Assembly (NCBI GenBank): GCA_964422795.1
Contig: CAYRCL010000041.1
Coordinates: 29,631 to 93,630, forward strand
Length of the DNA stretch: 64,000 bases
DNA from: an uncultured Chloroflexota bacterium
GTDB lineage: Bacteria > Chloroflexota > UBA11872
Direction: 5' to 3'
The notes under the pieces were generated by a model that was given only the letters and a program-made list of their open reading frames with translations, searched no databases and was not told the origin of the DNA. Within the stretch, counting starts at the first letter, position 1. Every line of letters starts with the position of its first letter. The translations under genes were made by a program, and so were the position numbers. This document shows positions 1 through 9,745 of the stretch, piece by piece.

Positions 1-1287
1 AGGCATCGGCGAAAATTGGCCTTGCTTTAACAGATCTGTCACACGTTGACCACGTTCAAGTTGGTTACGCGTGGCACGATCAAGATCGGACGCAAATTGA
101 GCGAAGGCAGCCACATCGCGATACTGCGCGAGGTCAAGACGGAGCCCGCCTGCTACTGATTTCATGGCTCGAGTCTGTGCATCACCACCGACTCTCGATA
201 CTGAAATGCCGGGATTGATTGCAGGGCGAACACCACTATTGAACAAGTCTGCTTCCAAGTAGATCTGTCCATCCGTGATCGAAATGACATTGGTTGGGAT
301 GTACGTCGTCACGTCAGCCTCTTGCGTCTCGATGATCGGCAATGCCGTGAGGCTTCCACCACCTTCATCCGCATGCATTTGCGCAGCCCTCTCGAGCAAT
401 CTGGAATGCAGATAAAAGACGTCTCCGGGATAAGCTTCTCGGCCGGGCGGTCGACGCAACACAAGTGACACTTGCCGGTAGGCCCAAGCATGCTTCGTCA
501 AATCGTCATAGATCACGAGTGCATCCTGGCCGTTATCACGGAAATACTCACCCATAGTGCAGGCAGCAAACGGTGCCATAAATTGGAGCGCAGCCGGAGC
601 GCTAGCAGCGGCACTAACAACGATCGTGTGATCGAGTGCACCAGCCTCCGCAAGAGTCCCAACCACCTGCGCAACAGAACTTTCCTTCTGCCCAATTGCG
701 CAATAGATACAAATGAGATCACCGCCACGCTGATTGATAATGGTGTCAAGGGCGATGGCCGTTTTTCCGATCTGTCGATCGCCAATAATGAGTTCACGCT
801 GACCACGCCCAATAGGTGCCATTGCGTCGATAGCCTTCAGCCCCGTCTGTACTGGCCTATCAACGTTTTGCCGTTGGGACACACCAGGCGCAACCTTTTC
901 AGTGACATCGGTTCGTTCGGCGTTGATCGGACCTTTGCCATCGATCGGCTCACCAATCGCATTAACAACACGACCGAGCAATTCCGGACCGACTGGAACT
1001 TCCGCCACACGACCAGTGGTTCGAACTTCATCACCCTCTTCAATTTGGAGATAGTCGCCGAGGATGACAGCACCAACACTATCCTCTTCCAAGTTCAATG
1101 CCATGCCCATCACACCATCAGGGAATTCCAACAATTCTCCAGCCATAGCCTCTGAAAGGCCTGACACCTGAGCGACCCCATCGCCAATTTGAAGAACGTG
1201 GCCAATATTCGCCTGGTGTGCCTCGGCCTGAAACCCCTCAATCTGCTGTCGCAGGGCATTTGCAATATTCTCAGGACTAATTGCCAT
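1..1287 (-). CDS. atpA: F1Fo ATP synthase alpha subunit, N-terminal ~429 aa (the rest of the gene lies beyond the window start)
   Basis: Minus-strand translation from ATG (complement of 1285-1287) gives [22 protein letters not shown]...; rev-comp of ~650-800 reads [21 protein letters not shown]...IYCAIGQK (Walker A / alpha-subunit signatures); no stop before position 1. Confidence 0.9.
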   Translation of the reverse strand, partial: MAISPENIANALRQQIEGFQAEAHQANIGHVLQIGDGVAQVSGLSEAMAGELLEFPDGVMGMALNLEEDSVGAVILGDYLQIEEGDEVRTTGRVAEVPVGPELLGRVVNAIGEPIDGKGPINAERTDVTEKVAPGVSQRQNVDRPVQTGLKAIDAMAPIGRGQRELIIGDRQIGKTAIALDTIINQRGGDLICIYCAIGQKESSVAQVVGTLAEAGALDHTIVVSAAASAPAALQFMAPFAACTMGEYFRDNGQDALVIYDDLTKHAWAYRQVSLVLRRPPGREAYPGDVFYLHSRLLERAAQMHADEGGGSLTALPIIETQEADVTTYIPTNVISITDGQIYLEADLFNSGVRPAINPGISVSRVGGDAQTRAMKSVAGGLRLDLAQYRDVAAFAQFASDLDRATRNQLERGQRVTDLLKQGQFSPMP

Positions 1288-1301
1288 TCGGTGGACTCCC
1301 G

Positions 1302-1838
1302 CTAGCGCAATGTGGCGGCCAGCGATTCGAGCCGGGCGCGCACGCTAAGATCCAAGACATCATCGCCGCGGCGGACGATGAATCCGCCAAGTAATTTCTC
1401 ATCAACTTCGGTCGTCAACCGAAGATTTCGATCATGCTTCTCCAATGAACTACTAAGCTCCTGCAACGCTACCTCCTCTAATTCCATCGCCGTCGTCACG
1501 TGGACACGGTCAATACACAAAGCTTCGTCTGACGCACGCCGAACATGAACGCGGATTTCACCAACTAAATCTATATCACGTTGTTCGGCGACCAACTGTA
1601 ATAACCCAACACCACGCGGTGACATGGAATCACCAACAGCACGCTGTACCGCTTCCATTCGATCGGCCAACGATATACCCGTGTTTTGGAGAAATCGACG
1701 ACCTGCCTCATCCGAAACCAATGCCTCTAAAACCTCAAGATCCATCTCCCAATCGAGCCACGAATCCGTAGCATCTGCATCCGCCGTCACCGCATCCGCA
1801 TAAACCGCAGCACGCCGACGCCGGCTTCCTTTGCTCAC
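1302..1838 (-). CDS. atpH: ATP synthase delta subunit (OSCP)
   Basis: 178-aa ORF directly downstream of atpF with ATGA overlap and upstream of atpA; length, position and helical composition typical of AtpH. Confidence 0.8.
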   Translation of the reverse strand: MSKGSRRRRAAVYADAVTADADATDSWLDWEMDLEVLEALVSDEAGRRFLQNTGISLADRMEAVQRAVGDSMSPRGVGLLQLVAEQRDIDLVGEIRVHVRRASDEALCIDRVHVTTAMELEEVALQELSSSLEKHDRNLRLTTEVDEKLLGGFIVRRGDDVLDLSVRARLESLAATLR

Positions 1839-2338
1839 GAACGCTCACTAACCGAAACTTCGGAGATCGCCTCTTGCACGAGTCGACGGTGTTCCGAATC
1901 ATCGACTGCCCGATCCAAAACCCGTGAGGTCGCACTTATAACCAATTCGGCTGTCTGGCTCCGTATTTCCTCAGCTACCTGAGCCCGACTTCGGTCAATC
2001 TCCGCGAGTGCGTCCGCTCGCATGCGGTCTGCTTCAGCACGAGCCTGCTCAAGTTCACGCGTTCGCATCGCTTCGGCAGCTCGACTTGCTTCATCACGAA
2101 TCGTTTGTGCTTCGGCACGTGCATTATCAAGTTCAGCACGAAACTCAGTTCGTTCCGTCTCAACTTGCTGCCGCAACCGGTCCGCCTCCTCCAAACTCTC
2201 CGAAATTCGATCGCGCCGCCGTTCAAGCATGCCGACCAGTGGTTTGAAGAGCAGGCGGTGCAAAATCCACAAAAACAGCAGGAAATTGACGAGCTGAAAC
2301 AAGATGTTTGGAAAACTAATCCCAAGCGCGTCAATCAT
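1835..2338 (-). CDS. atpF: ATP synthase Fo subunit b
   Basis: 167 aa, N-terminal TM helix (ILFQLVNFLLFLWIL) followed by long Ala/Glu/Arg-rich coiled coil; operon position between c and delta. Confidence 0.85.
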   Translation of the reverse strand: MIDALGISFPNILFQLVNFLLFLWILHRLLFKPLVGMLERRRDRISESLEEADRLRQQVETERTEFRAELDNARAEAQTIRDEASRAAEAMRTRELEQARAEADRMRADALAEIDRSRAQVAEEIRSQTAELVISATSRVLDRAVDDSEHRRLVQEAISEVSVSERS

Positions 2339-2374
2339 GTCATCCAGTCTCCCCAGGAAAGCCCAGTTAGTGAA

Positions 2375-2608
<234 letters not shown>

Positions 2609-2630
2609 TTACACTTCCTCCTATGCGCAA

Positions 2631-3428
2631 CTAGTGCGCTTCAGCCGAATCCGGCCCTACAGATTGCCCCGTAAACACCATGCTGAGCATGAAAAATATT
2701 ACCGCTTGAACGAGACCGAAAAGGATCTCCAAGATTAAGAATATGGCACCAAGTATCGGTATGTGCCCGAGGGCAAAGGAACCGAGAATTGGACCATTCA
2801 GCAACACTTCTCCGGCAAACAGGTTGCCAAAGAGACGGAATGATAACGATACAACAACAAACAATTCAATGATTATGAACACTGGGGCCAGAAACGGCAC
2901 CTGTGACAATTCTTTTAGGTGGCCGAAGGGCCCGTGCGATACCACACCTGACGCGTGGATCATCACAAAGGCCGTGAGAGCAAGCGCTAAAGTCATGTTG
3001 ATGTCGGCTGTTGCAGGACGAAACAATGGAGCGGCAATCTCATGCCCATGGTGTTCAGACCTAATCCAGATTGTCCCAATCCCAGGCAACAAACTCGTCC
3101 AGTTGCTGACGGCGATAAAAACAAAAAAGGTTCCACCAAACGCAAAAACCCGGCGAGCATACCGTTGACCAACCGTCGAATCCACGAGTTCACTCAGAAA
3201 TTCAACCACCATTTCGCATACATTCTGCAAACCCGTAGGGATGATCGCCGTCTCCGGGTCGCGTCGAATACGTCGTGTCGCGAACCAGGACAATAGGAGC
3301 ATCCCAGCCATTGTCAACCACATCGTTAGCAGCGAATTGGTCACGACAATCGGACCAATGTGCGCCAGCGGTTCCGCCGCAGCACTAATGTGGGGCGCGA
3401 GGTCCGACGTCCCATGATGCTCACCCAT
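2631..3428 (-). CDS. atpB: ATP synthase Fo subunit a
   Basis: 265 aa polytopic; C-terminal SLSFRLFGNLFAGEVLL motif with the conserved Arg of subunit a. Confidence 0.9.
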   Translation of the reverse strand: MGEHHGTSDLAPHISAAAEPLAHIGPIVVTNSLLTMWLTMAGMLLLSWFATRRIRRDPETAIIPTGLQNVCEMVVEFLSELVDSTVGQRYARRVFAFGGTFFVFIAVSNWTSLLPGIGTIWIRSEHHGHEIAAPLFRPATADINMTLALALTAFVMIHASGVVSHGPFGHLKELSQVPFLAPVFIIIELFVVVSLSFRLFGNLFAGEVLLNGPILGSFALGHIPILGAIFLILEILFGLVQAVIFFMLSMVFTGQSVGPDSAEAH

Positions 3429-3431
3429 GCG

Positions 3432-3641
3432 TCAGGCCTCCGACCGTTGTTGCCAGGCAAAGAGGCAATACATCACGAATCCACTTCCTGCGAGACTGAG
3501 TAAAATTCCGGCGAGTAGTGCAAGCGGGGCAGTGCCAAAAATCTCATCAACCCAACGGCCTCCTACAATGCCAATTACCACAAACGTGCCTACTACAAAC
3601 CCAAATTCGGCCGCGAGCGCCGCTGATCGTAGTAAGCCCAC
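3432..3641 (-). CDS. small ATP-synthase-associated membrane protein (AtpI/AtpZ-like)
   Basis: 69 aa, two predicted TM helices, first gene of the atp operon, 4 nt upstream of atpB. Confidence 0.55.
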   Translation of the reverse strand: MGLLRSAALAAEFGFVVGTFVVIGIVGGRWVDEIFGTAPLALLAGILLSLAGSGFVMYCLFAWQQRSEA

Positions 3642-3822
3642 AGACTCACACCGTCCTTGCGGACTTTGTGAAACACTTCACTTGATACCAGACGGAGAAG
3701 TCTAGCAGAGGCGCGAGATTACCCAACCTAGGTGACGGCAAGGTTGCAGGGTCATAAAGCCCATCCTAGTCTTGTCACCAGAAAGTTATCCCGTGAACCA
3801 TGATGGCATGAAGGAGCCGCGA

Positions 3823-3939
3823 ATGCTGCGACAACCAAGCCGAACCCGTATTTCTGCGACGGCACTCTTGATTCTCGCTGTGCTCGCAACAACAACGTTG
3901 GTGCTCGGAACGTGGCTTTACTCAATCATTCCCCAATGA
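3823..3939 (+). CDS. small membrane peptide (38 aa), not in supplied ORF track
   Basis: GAAGGAG Shine-Dalgarno 6 nt before ATG at 3823; MLRQPSRTRISATALLILAVLATTTLVLGTWLYSIIPQ* = basic N-terminus + single TM helix; stop TGA 3937-3939. Confidence 0.45.
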   Translation: MLRQPSRTRISATALLILAVLATTTLVLGTWLYSIIPQ

Positions 3940-3946
3940 CCACTGG

Positions 3947-5950
3947 CTAAACAATATCCGTCGGTTCGATCGCTTCACCGCGTCGAGTTTCTGGATCATC
4001 CACCAACCTCCAAATCTCACCACCGAGCGCCATCGCAAAAACTGCGTGGTCCTCAGCATAGTTCGGTGAAACCGCTACCCGAAGCACAGCCCTGTTGTCT
4101 AAGCCCGGGTTAAGTTCCACCCATCCCGTGCCGCCATTGCCCGACCGAAAAACCCCTCGGCTGGTTGCCGAATACACCGTCGCATCGTCATCAAAAGTCG
4201 GCGTCGTTGCTATCGATAGCACCGCCGTCTCGGCATCAGCCGGATATGCACCTGACCACACGTCTTGAAATCGCGCTGTTGGGCGAAACACTTGACTCGA
4301 TGTAGCGAAAAGCCACATTCGGTCTTCGTCGGAATAGGACGGCGGAATCGCGAGCGATATCCATGGTGTCGTGGTCTCGTGCTCAACGAAACGATCAAAA
4401 GAAGCGCCTCCATCATGACTGACATGAACAGCCGCAATTCCCGAGCCAACCGTACCGACAAACACCGAACGGTCGACCGAAAAATTTGGCCCAGTTGCAA
4501 GCGCAACAACGGTCTCGCTGTCAAATTCATGCGGAATACGCTCCCACGATTCCCCCGCATCAGCACTGATATATGTAAGACCAAGGGCACCACCAGCCAG
4601 TACTGTGCGATCGTCCGCATAGCTCGAAGAGAAGGCAATCGCCTGCACATCGTCCAGATCAAATCCATTCACGACTTCGCCCCAAGTACGTCCACGATCC
4701 ATGCTCCGGAAAAGACCAGTCGGCGTAGCCGCGAAAACATGCCCATCTGAACTAAAGTTGGGGGAAATAGCAATGTTCGCAATGTCCAAATCATTGAGCT
4801 CATCGCCACACGCCTGCCAAGCCGAACCCCCGTCATTGGACACACGCATACCGCTTCCCGACCCGCCAGCAAACATAGTTTGATCAGTCGCGAAGTCTGG
4901 TGACAGAGCTATCGAAATCCAGTTCTGGCTTGTAAGCCCAGCGTTTCGCGCCTGCCAACTTGATCCTAAATCCTCAGATCGCAACAAACCTGTCTTGAAC
5001 GTGCCCGCCCAAAGAACCACTCCATCAGGCGTCGGCAAAAGCGCGAGTGTCAAGATAGAACCAATTGAATCGTCAGTGGAACGAATTTCCCAGGACGTTC
5101 CGCCGTCGGTACTCACTACAACGCCGTCCGCACTAGAACACGCAACTATGGTTTCGTCATCACTAAACATCGGGGAAATAGCGACCGCGTTAACGGATAC
5201 ATCTCCAACGACATCAACCTTCGACCAGGCCTTTCCCGCGTCGTGTGAGATCCAAAGACCTCGATCCTCGGTACCCACAACAATAGTTGGAGTGCTGTCG
5301 AAATCGGGAGACAGCACAATCGCCTGCACCGTCGCTGTCTCTAACCCCTCTGATCCCATCTGCTCCCACGTTCGGCCACCATCGACTGAGCGGCAGATCC
5401 CACCATTAACAACGCCAGCAAAAACCATCTGGTCAGATCGGAATTCCGGCGAGACGGCTAACGTCTGAACGGAAAGGCCGGAAATCCCTACATTGGTGGG
5501 GTTCCAGCTGCGGCCACCGTTCGTCGACCGATAAACCCCATCACCATCTGTTCCAAGGAGCGCAATCCTATCGGTGGCGTATGAGGGTGAGAGAGCAACA
5601 GACACAACGTTTGGGATAGCACCCCAGAAAGAAAGGCGGTTCCAAGTCTCACCACCATCGAAAGACTTAAAGACACCGCCCTGAACAGCACCTGCAAAAA
5701 CATTGTTGTCACGATCATAGTCAGGCGATGCAGCCAATGCTTGGATGTACGGACTGGTGAGCTGCGTGTTCGAAATACGCCAACTCAACCCGTCGTCATC
5801 CGACAAAAACACGCCCGACATAGTTCCGACGAAGAGGCGCTGGCCGGAGGACGGCGACGACATCGCAATCGCCGTGACCGTACCACCTTCCTCACCACCT
5901 ATACGTTGCCACCTGTTGACCACAGGAGCGGTAGTCACGGCTTCAGCCAT
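3947..5950 (-). CDS. BNR/Asp-box repeat protein (sortilin/Ycf48-like beta-propeller repeats)
   Basis: 667 aa with >10 repeats of S/T-x-D-G-G-x-S/T-W (DGGETW, DGGRTW, DGGTSW, DGGASF...). Confidence 0.8.
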   Translation of the reverse strand: MAEAVTTAPVVNRWQRIGGEEGGTVTAIAMSSPSSGQRLFVGTMSGVFLSDDDGLSWRISNTQLTSPYIQALAASPDYDRDNNVFAGAVQGGVFKSFDGGETWNRLSFWGAIPNVVSVALSPSYATDRIALLGTDGDGVYRSTNGGRSWNPTNVGISGLSVQTLAVSPEFRSDQMVFAGVVNGGICRSVDGGRTWEQMGSEGLETATVQAIVLSPDFDSTPTIVVGTEDRGLWISHDAGKAWSKVDVVGDVSVNAVAISPMFSDDETIVACSSADGVVVSTDGGTSWEIRSTDDSIGSILTLALLPTPDGVVLWAGTFKTGLLRSEDLGSSWQARNAGLTSQNWISIALSPDFATDQTMFAGGSGSGMRVSNDGGSAWQACGDELNDLDIANIAISPNFSSDGHVFAATPTGLFRSMDRGRTWGEVVNGFDLDDVQAIAFSSSYADDRTVLAGGALGLTYISADAGESWERIPHEFDSETVVALATGPNFSVDRSVFVGTVGSGIAAVHVSHDGGASFDRFVEHETTTPWISLAIPPSYSDEDRMWLFATSSQVFRPTARFQDVWSGAYPADAETAVLSIATTPTFDDDATVYSATSRGVFRSGNGGTGWVELNPGLDNRAVLRVAVSPNYAEDHAVFAMALGGEIWRLVDDPETRRGEAIEPTDIV

Positions 5951-6126
5951 GCGTTAAATTCTCCCGGCTCTGGATTAGGCGAACTCTTGGGCACCAACGA
6001 TCACCTCTGCGTCCAGATACCCTAGTGCCACGCCATAGGAATAATGGAGTCCGTGTTGGGACAACCCCAGACACAAACTTCCACTAAGTGTACGCAGGGT
6101 GAGCAATCGGCAACAACCGTATACGC

Positions 6127-6819
6127 TTAGCCATTGGGCAATCGCAGTTCTTGGCCAACAAAAATACTGTTGGCATCAGCCAGTCCGTTAGCAACCATCA
6201 GGTCATCTAGACTCACCCCAAAATTAACAGCGATTGCGCTCAAGGTATCGCCAGAACGAACGGTATACGTTCCTGGAATCGAATTGCCATCAGGAACCCG
6301 AGCATCCTCGGGAAGCCTCAATTGCTGATTAACGACAAGAGCATCGCGATCAGACAGGCCATTAATCTCCATTATTGAAGTGATTGGCACGTCGTAGATT
6401 TGCGAGATCCCTGACAGCGTATCCCCTGGCCGTACACGATGAATCAGGGGGTCTGGCGATGGCGTCGCAGTCGGGCTCGGCGAAGGTTTTACCGTAGGTG
6501 TGGCCGTGGGAGAAACCACCACAACTGGACCAGGTAAGGGAGGGTCCGCAATTACCGGAGCATTTGGAGATGGGCTCAGCTCCATTGGTGGCAAGATTCG
6601 CATCCCTGTCACAACACCAGCTTCGAGCGCCGCTGTCCGATAACCGTCGTCCTGCCACGCCAAAATTCGCCACGTGATAAGCACGGCCATCAACAACAGA
6701 ATAATGCGAACATATCTAATCCAATGACGATCCAGCGGGATAAGCGCGTCTGGACCTGTGACTTTCGACCACTGAAGCCCAGGCTCGTGAACCTCATTAG
6801 CATCTGCGGTAGTCATCAC
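6127..6819 (-). CDS. LysM domain peptidoglycan-binding protein
   Basis: N-terminal TM anchor, Pro/Thr-rich linker, two C-terminal LysM repeats (HRVRPGDTLSGISQIYDV..., YTVRSGDTLSAIAVNFGVSLDDL...). Confidence 0.85.
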   Translation of the reverse strand: MMTTADANEVHEPGLQWSKVTGPDALIPLDRHWIRYVRIILLLMAVLITWRILAWQDDGYRTAALEAGVVTGMRILPPMELSPSPNAPVIADPPLPGPVVVVSPTATPTVKPSPSPTATPSPDPLIHRVRPGDTLSGISQIYDVPITSIMEINGLSDRDALVVNQQLRLPEDARVPDGNSIPGTYTVRSGDTLSAIAVNFGVSLDDLMVANGLADANSIFVGQELRLPNG

Positions 6820-8144
6820 CAGGCAAATGCCATATACAAGTCATTCACGTTGGTTCCCGTCGGGCCCACAATGATCAAATCTTCAGACATTTCAAGATAA
6901 GCGTACGTATCGTTCGCCTTTAGAGCACGAACCACATCACCGCCACGAACACGTGCGCGATCAATCGTAGATCCATCGACGAGACCACCGCACGCGTCTG
7001 TCGGTCCATCAGTACCGTCAGTCGCCATCGCGAGAACCGCCACTCTTGGAACACCGGCCAGCAGCTGCGCAGCCGCAACAGCGAGTTCCTGACTACGACC
7101 ACCACGCCCATTGCCCGTAACCGTCACCGTTGTTTCACCACCAAAAATGGCGCAACCAGGCGTTGGCAAAGGACGCCCGCTTTGGGCAATATCGATCGCC
7201 GTACCAGCAACAACTTTAGCAATTTCACGCGCCTCACCCTGAACACGTGATGTAATAAATTGTGCATGAAATCCAGCAGATCGGGCCGCCTCGGCCGCAG
7301 CGCAACCAGCACGTGCATTGTCTGCAACGACCAAGTTGGCTACCCGACTAAATATCGAATCGTCAGGCTTAGGAGTATCAGGGATTTCGTCGCGCACGCC
7401 CCGTTCAAGATGCCGCCGAATCGCCGCCGCGGTTCGTCGGTCCGAATCAAGTTCGTCAAGGACCCCTAGCGCATCACCAAATGTAGTCGGGTCTGGTGTG
7501 AAAGGACCAGAGGCAATTACGTCGATCGAATTTCCAACGACGTCGCTAACCAGAAGGCCCACAACTCGAGCCGGGGCTGAAGCCACCGCCAGCCGACCAC
7601 CATGAAAATCGGAGAGGTGCTTTCGTACAACATTCATTTGATCGATCGTAGCTCCAGATCGGAGGAGATGATCGGTAAGGTCCTGCAAGTCATTCAGTGA
7701 TATATCAACGGGAGGAGCTGGAGTTAGAGCTGATCCACCCCCCGACATCACACACAGAAGGAGATCACGCGATGAAGCCTCGCTTGCAACACCGAGAATT
7801 CTCCGAGCCGCCTCATGGCCTCGACTGTCTGGAACCGGGTGCCCCGCTTCCAGAATCTCAATGCAGTCCGTTGCGATCTTGTATCCGTCCTTCGTCACAA
7901 CGACACCACTGTCAATACGGTCTCCAAGTATCTCTTCGAGGGCGGCAGCCATACATGGGCTAGCTTTGCCTGCACCCAGCACAATCACGCGATCGAAATC
8001 ACCATCGGTGAAACGAGTTTCTCCTATACGAAACCCGTCCCCCGTTGTCTCAACAACAGATCGCACAGCAGATCCAGGATCCACAGCTGCAATTGCAGCA
8101 CGACCAATCCCAAGAATCGTGGCACGCATCGCGTCATCAAGCAT
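6816..8144 (-). CDS. glycerate kinase, MOFRL family (glycerate 2-kinase / hydroxypyruvate reductase-like)
   Basis: 442 aa; DUF4147+MOFRL architecture, GAGKASPCMAAALEE and C-terminal GTDGTDGPTD motifs; ATGA overlap with the LysM gene. Confidence 0.8.
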   Translation of the reverse strand: MLDDAMRATILGIGRAAIAAVDPGSAVRSVVETTGDGFRIGETRFTDGDFDRVIVLGAGKASPCMAAALEEILGDRIDSGVVVTKDGYKIATDCIEILEAGHPVPDSRGHEAARRILGVASEASSRDLLLCVMSGGGSALTPAPPVDISLNDLQDLTDHLLRSGATIDQMNVVRKHLSDFHGGRLAVASAPARVVGLLVSDVVGNSIDVIASGPFTPDPTTFGDALGVLDELDSDRRTAAAIRRHLERGVRDEIPDTPKPDDSIFSRVANLVVADNARAGCAAAEAARSAGFHAQFITSRVQGEAREIAKVVAGTAIDIAQSGRPLPTPGCAIFGGETTVTVTGNGRGGRSQELAVAAAQLLAGVPRVAVLAMATDGTDGPTDACGGLVDGSTIDRARVRGGDVVRALKANDTYAYLEMSEDLIIVGPTGTNVNDLYMAFAW

Positions 8145-8195
8145 CGGAAAAAGTTATGACTCTACGTCCGTTTAAAGCAGTGTAGATGGCTTCGG

Positions 8196-9074
8196 TCAAG
8201 ATGGAAGCGCACAATAAGCAATGCCTATCAGGCCGGGACCGACATGAGCACCCATAACCGGTGTAAAACAGGTAACGAACAAGTCGTTCGGTCGCAACGC
8301 ACGATGAATACGCTCCGCCAGTTCATGTCCCTCACTAACGTTCGCGGCATGATGAACTGTGACACCTAAATAGCCAGCGTTTCGACTAGCACGTCGAACC
8401 CGGGTCACGAGAGATGTAATAGCGCGTTCTCGCGAACCAAACGTAGCGCCGATGCGAACACCTCCATGGCGCATGCTAAACACTACTGTGGACGGAAGCG
8501 CGTCCGCCATCCGCGCTATGACGGCAGGCACTCGCCCACTACGCGCGAGATAATCGAGCGAGTCCAGCACTGCAACAATTCCGCTCCCAGCAGAAGCCCG
8601 GCGAACCGCACCTTCAACCGCGTCCTGATTGGCACCCGCGTTTGCGGCCCGCGCACCAAGCAGGACTGGAAATCCGTGAGCCATCGCCGAACCTCCCGTT
8701 TCAACCACACGAATATCAAATTTCTCGTCACATCCGCTCGCAGCCAGTCGTGCAACATCGGCCATGGCGGAGAACCGTCGAGGTATTACGACACAGACCA
8801 CACCGGAATCCCTCCTACCTGCGTACTCGAAAGCATCGGCGTAAACAGAAGGTGGCATTGTGCTCGTGGAAGGAGCCACTGGGTCAGTCACAAGTCGTCG
8901 CCAAAACATCTCGGAAGAGATGTCGACACCATCCCGTAGCACCTTTCCCCGCCAAATCAGAACGGTCGGCAAAACCACGATCGGGTTTGCCGCAACCTCG
9001 TGCACAGGAAGACATGCGCTCGAGTCAGTGACTAGCGTGACACGTTCTTGACTGTTAGTTGTGGTCTCGGTCAA
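8196..9074 (-). CDS. DegV family fatty-acid-binding protein
   Basis: VTLVTDSSACLP near N-term (DegV IVTDSTxDLP motif); track ORF extends to 9158 but that would overlap plsY; in-frame TTG at 9074 is the likely start. Confidence 0.75.
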   Translation of the reverse strand: MTETTTNSQERVTLVTDSSACLPVHEVAANPIVVLPTVLIWRGKVLRDGVDISSEMFWRRLVTDPVAPSTSTMPPSVYADAFEYAGRRDSGVVCVVIPRRFSAMADVARLAASGCDEKFDIRVVETGGSAMAHGFPVLLGARAANAGANQDAVEGAVRRASAGSGIVAVLDSLDYLARSGRVPAVIARMADALPSTVVFSMRHGGVRIGATFGSRERAITSLVTRVRRASRNAGYLGVTVHHAANVSEGHELAERIHRALRPNDLFVTCFTPVMGAHVGPGLIGIAYCALPS

Positions 9075-9672
9075 GAAACAACCTACGCCAGAACAGGCTA
9101 GCGAAAGATACATCCCGAGGAGGAACCTTCTTTCGGTAACCGACGAGCCGCCCAACAACTAGCAACCCAAGAACCACCCACCCGGTAAAAACGAGCGTTT
9201 CGGATGAACCAATCAAACTAAGGACAATCGCGGTCAAGACAAAGCCAATCAATACGCCTGGCGCTGAATCGTTCATGGCAACTTTTCCCAATATAAGACC
9301 AGCAAAAGCCAGCACCATATGCCAGGCCCCGAGCGCCGCAAGCACTCCGCCGGCCGGACCGATACCTCGACCACCACGGAAACGGAGAGTCACAGGCCAA
9401 ATATGACCGACTACAGCGGCTATCCCGGCACCCGCCGAAACCTCATATCCACCTACACGTTGAGCAACTAACACCACAACAACCGGTTTGAGAGCATCGG
9501 CCAATCCAGCTGCCGACCCGATTAGTAGACCCAGACGTTCGATCGCCGCCGTTCCGCTAACACCACCTGATCCCTCGGTAAGTAGATTTCGACCAGCCAT
9601 ACGACCCACGAGATAAGAAATCGGGATCGCCCCCACCGCGTATCCAATAACGATGGACAAAACAGCCATCAT
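9055..9672 (-). CDS. plsY: glycerol-3-phosphate acyltransferase PlsY
   Basis: ~205 aa polytopic membrane protein, MMAVLSIVIGYAVGAIPISYLVGR...GSGGVSGT motif characteristic of PlsY. Confidence 0.85.
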   Translation of the reverse strand: MMAVLSIVIGYAVGAIPISYLVGRMAGRNLLTEGSGGVSGTAAIERLGLLIGSAAGLADALKPVVVVLVAQRVGGYEVSAGAGIAAVVGHIWPVTLRFRGGRGIGPAGGVLAALGAWHMVLAFAGLILGKVAMNDSAPGVLIGFVLTAIVLSLIGSSETLVFTGWVVLGLLVVGRLVGYRKKVPPRDVSFASLFWRRLFLDRDHN

Positions 9673-9745
9673 CCATGCTTCCAATTTTGAGTCAACCAAC
9701 CAGCCCAAAGTATGCAGGCGGGTCGCAGTCTACCAATGGACCCAC

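Noticed and set aside
472-1155. 227-aa plus-strand ORF, and other long ORFs antisense to annotated genes (e.g. 513-812, 4210-4668, 4265-4750, 14014-14427, 30445-31002, 36715-37038, 48329-48790, 62438-62965, 63610-63999)
   Set aside because: Each lies entirely within, and antisense or out-of-frame to, a gene with strong family-specific motifs (atpA, BNR protein, groEL, ftsZ and so on). They have low-complexity, Arg/Ser-rich compositions typical of spurious GC-rich frames.
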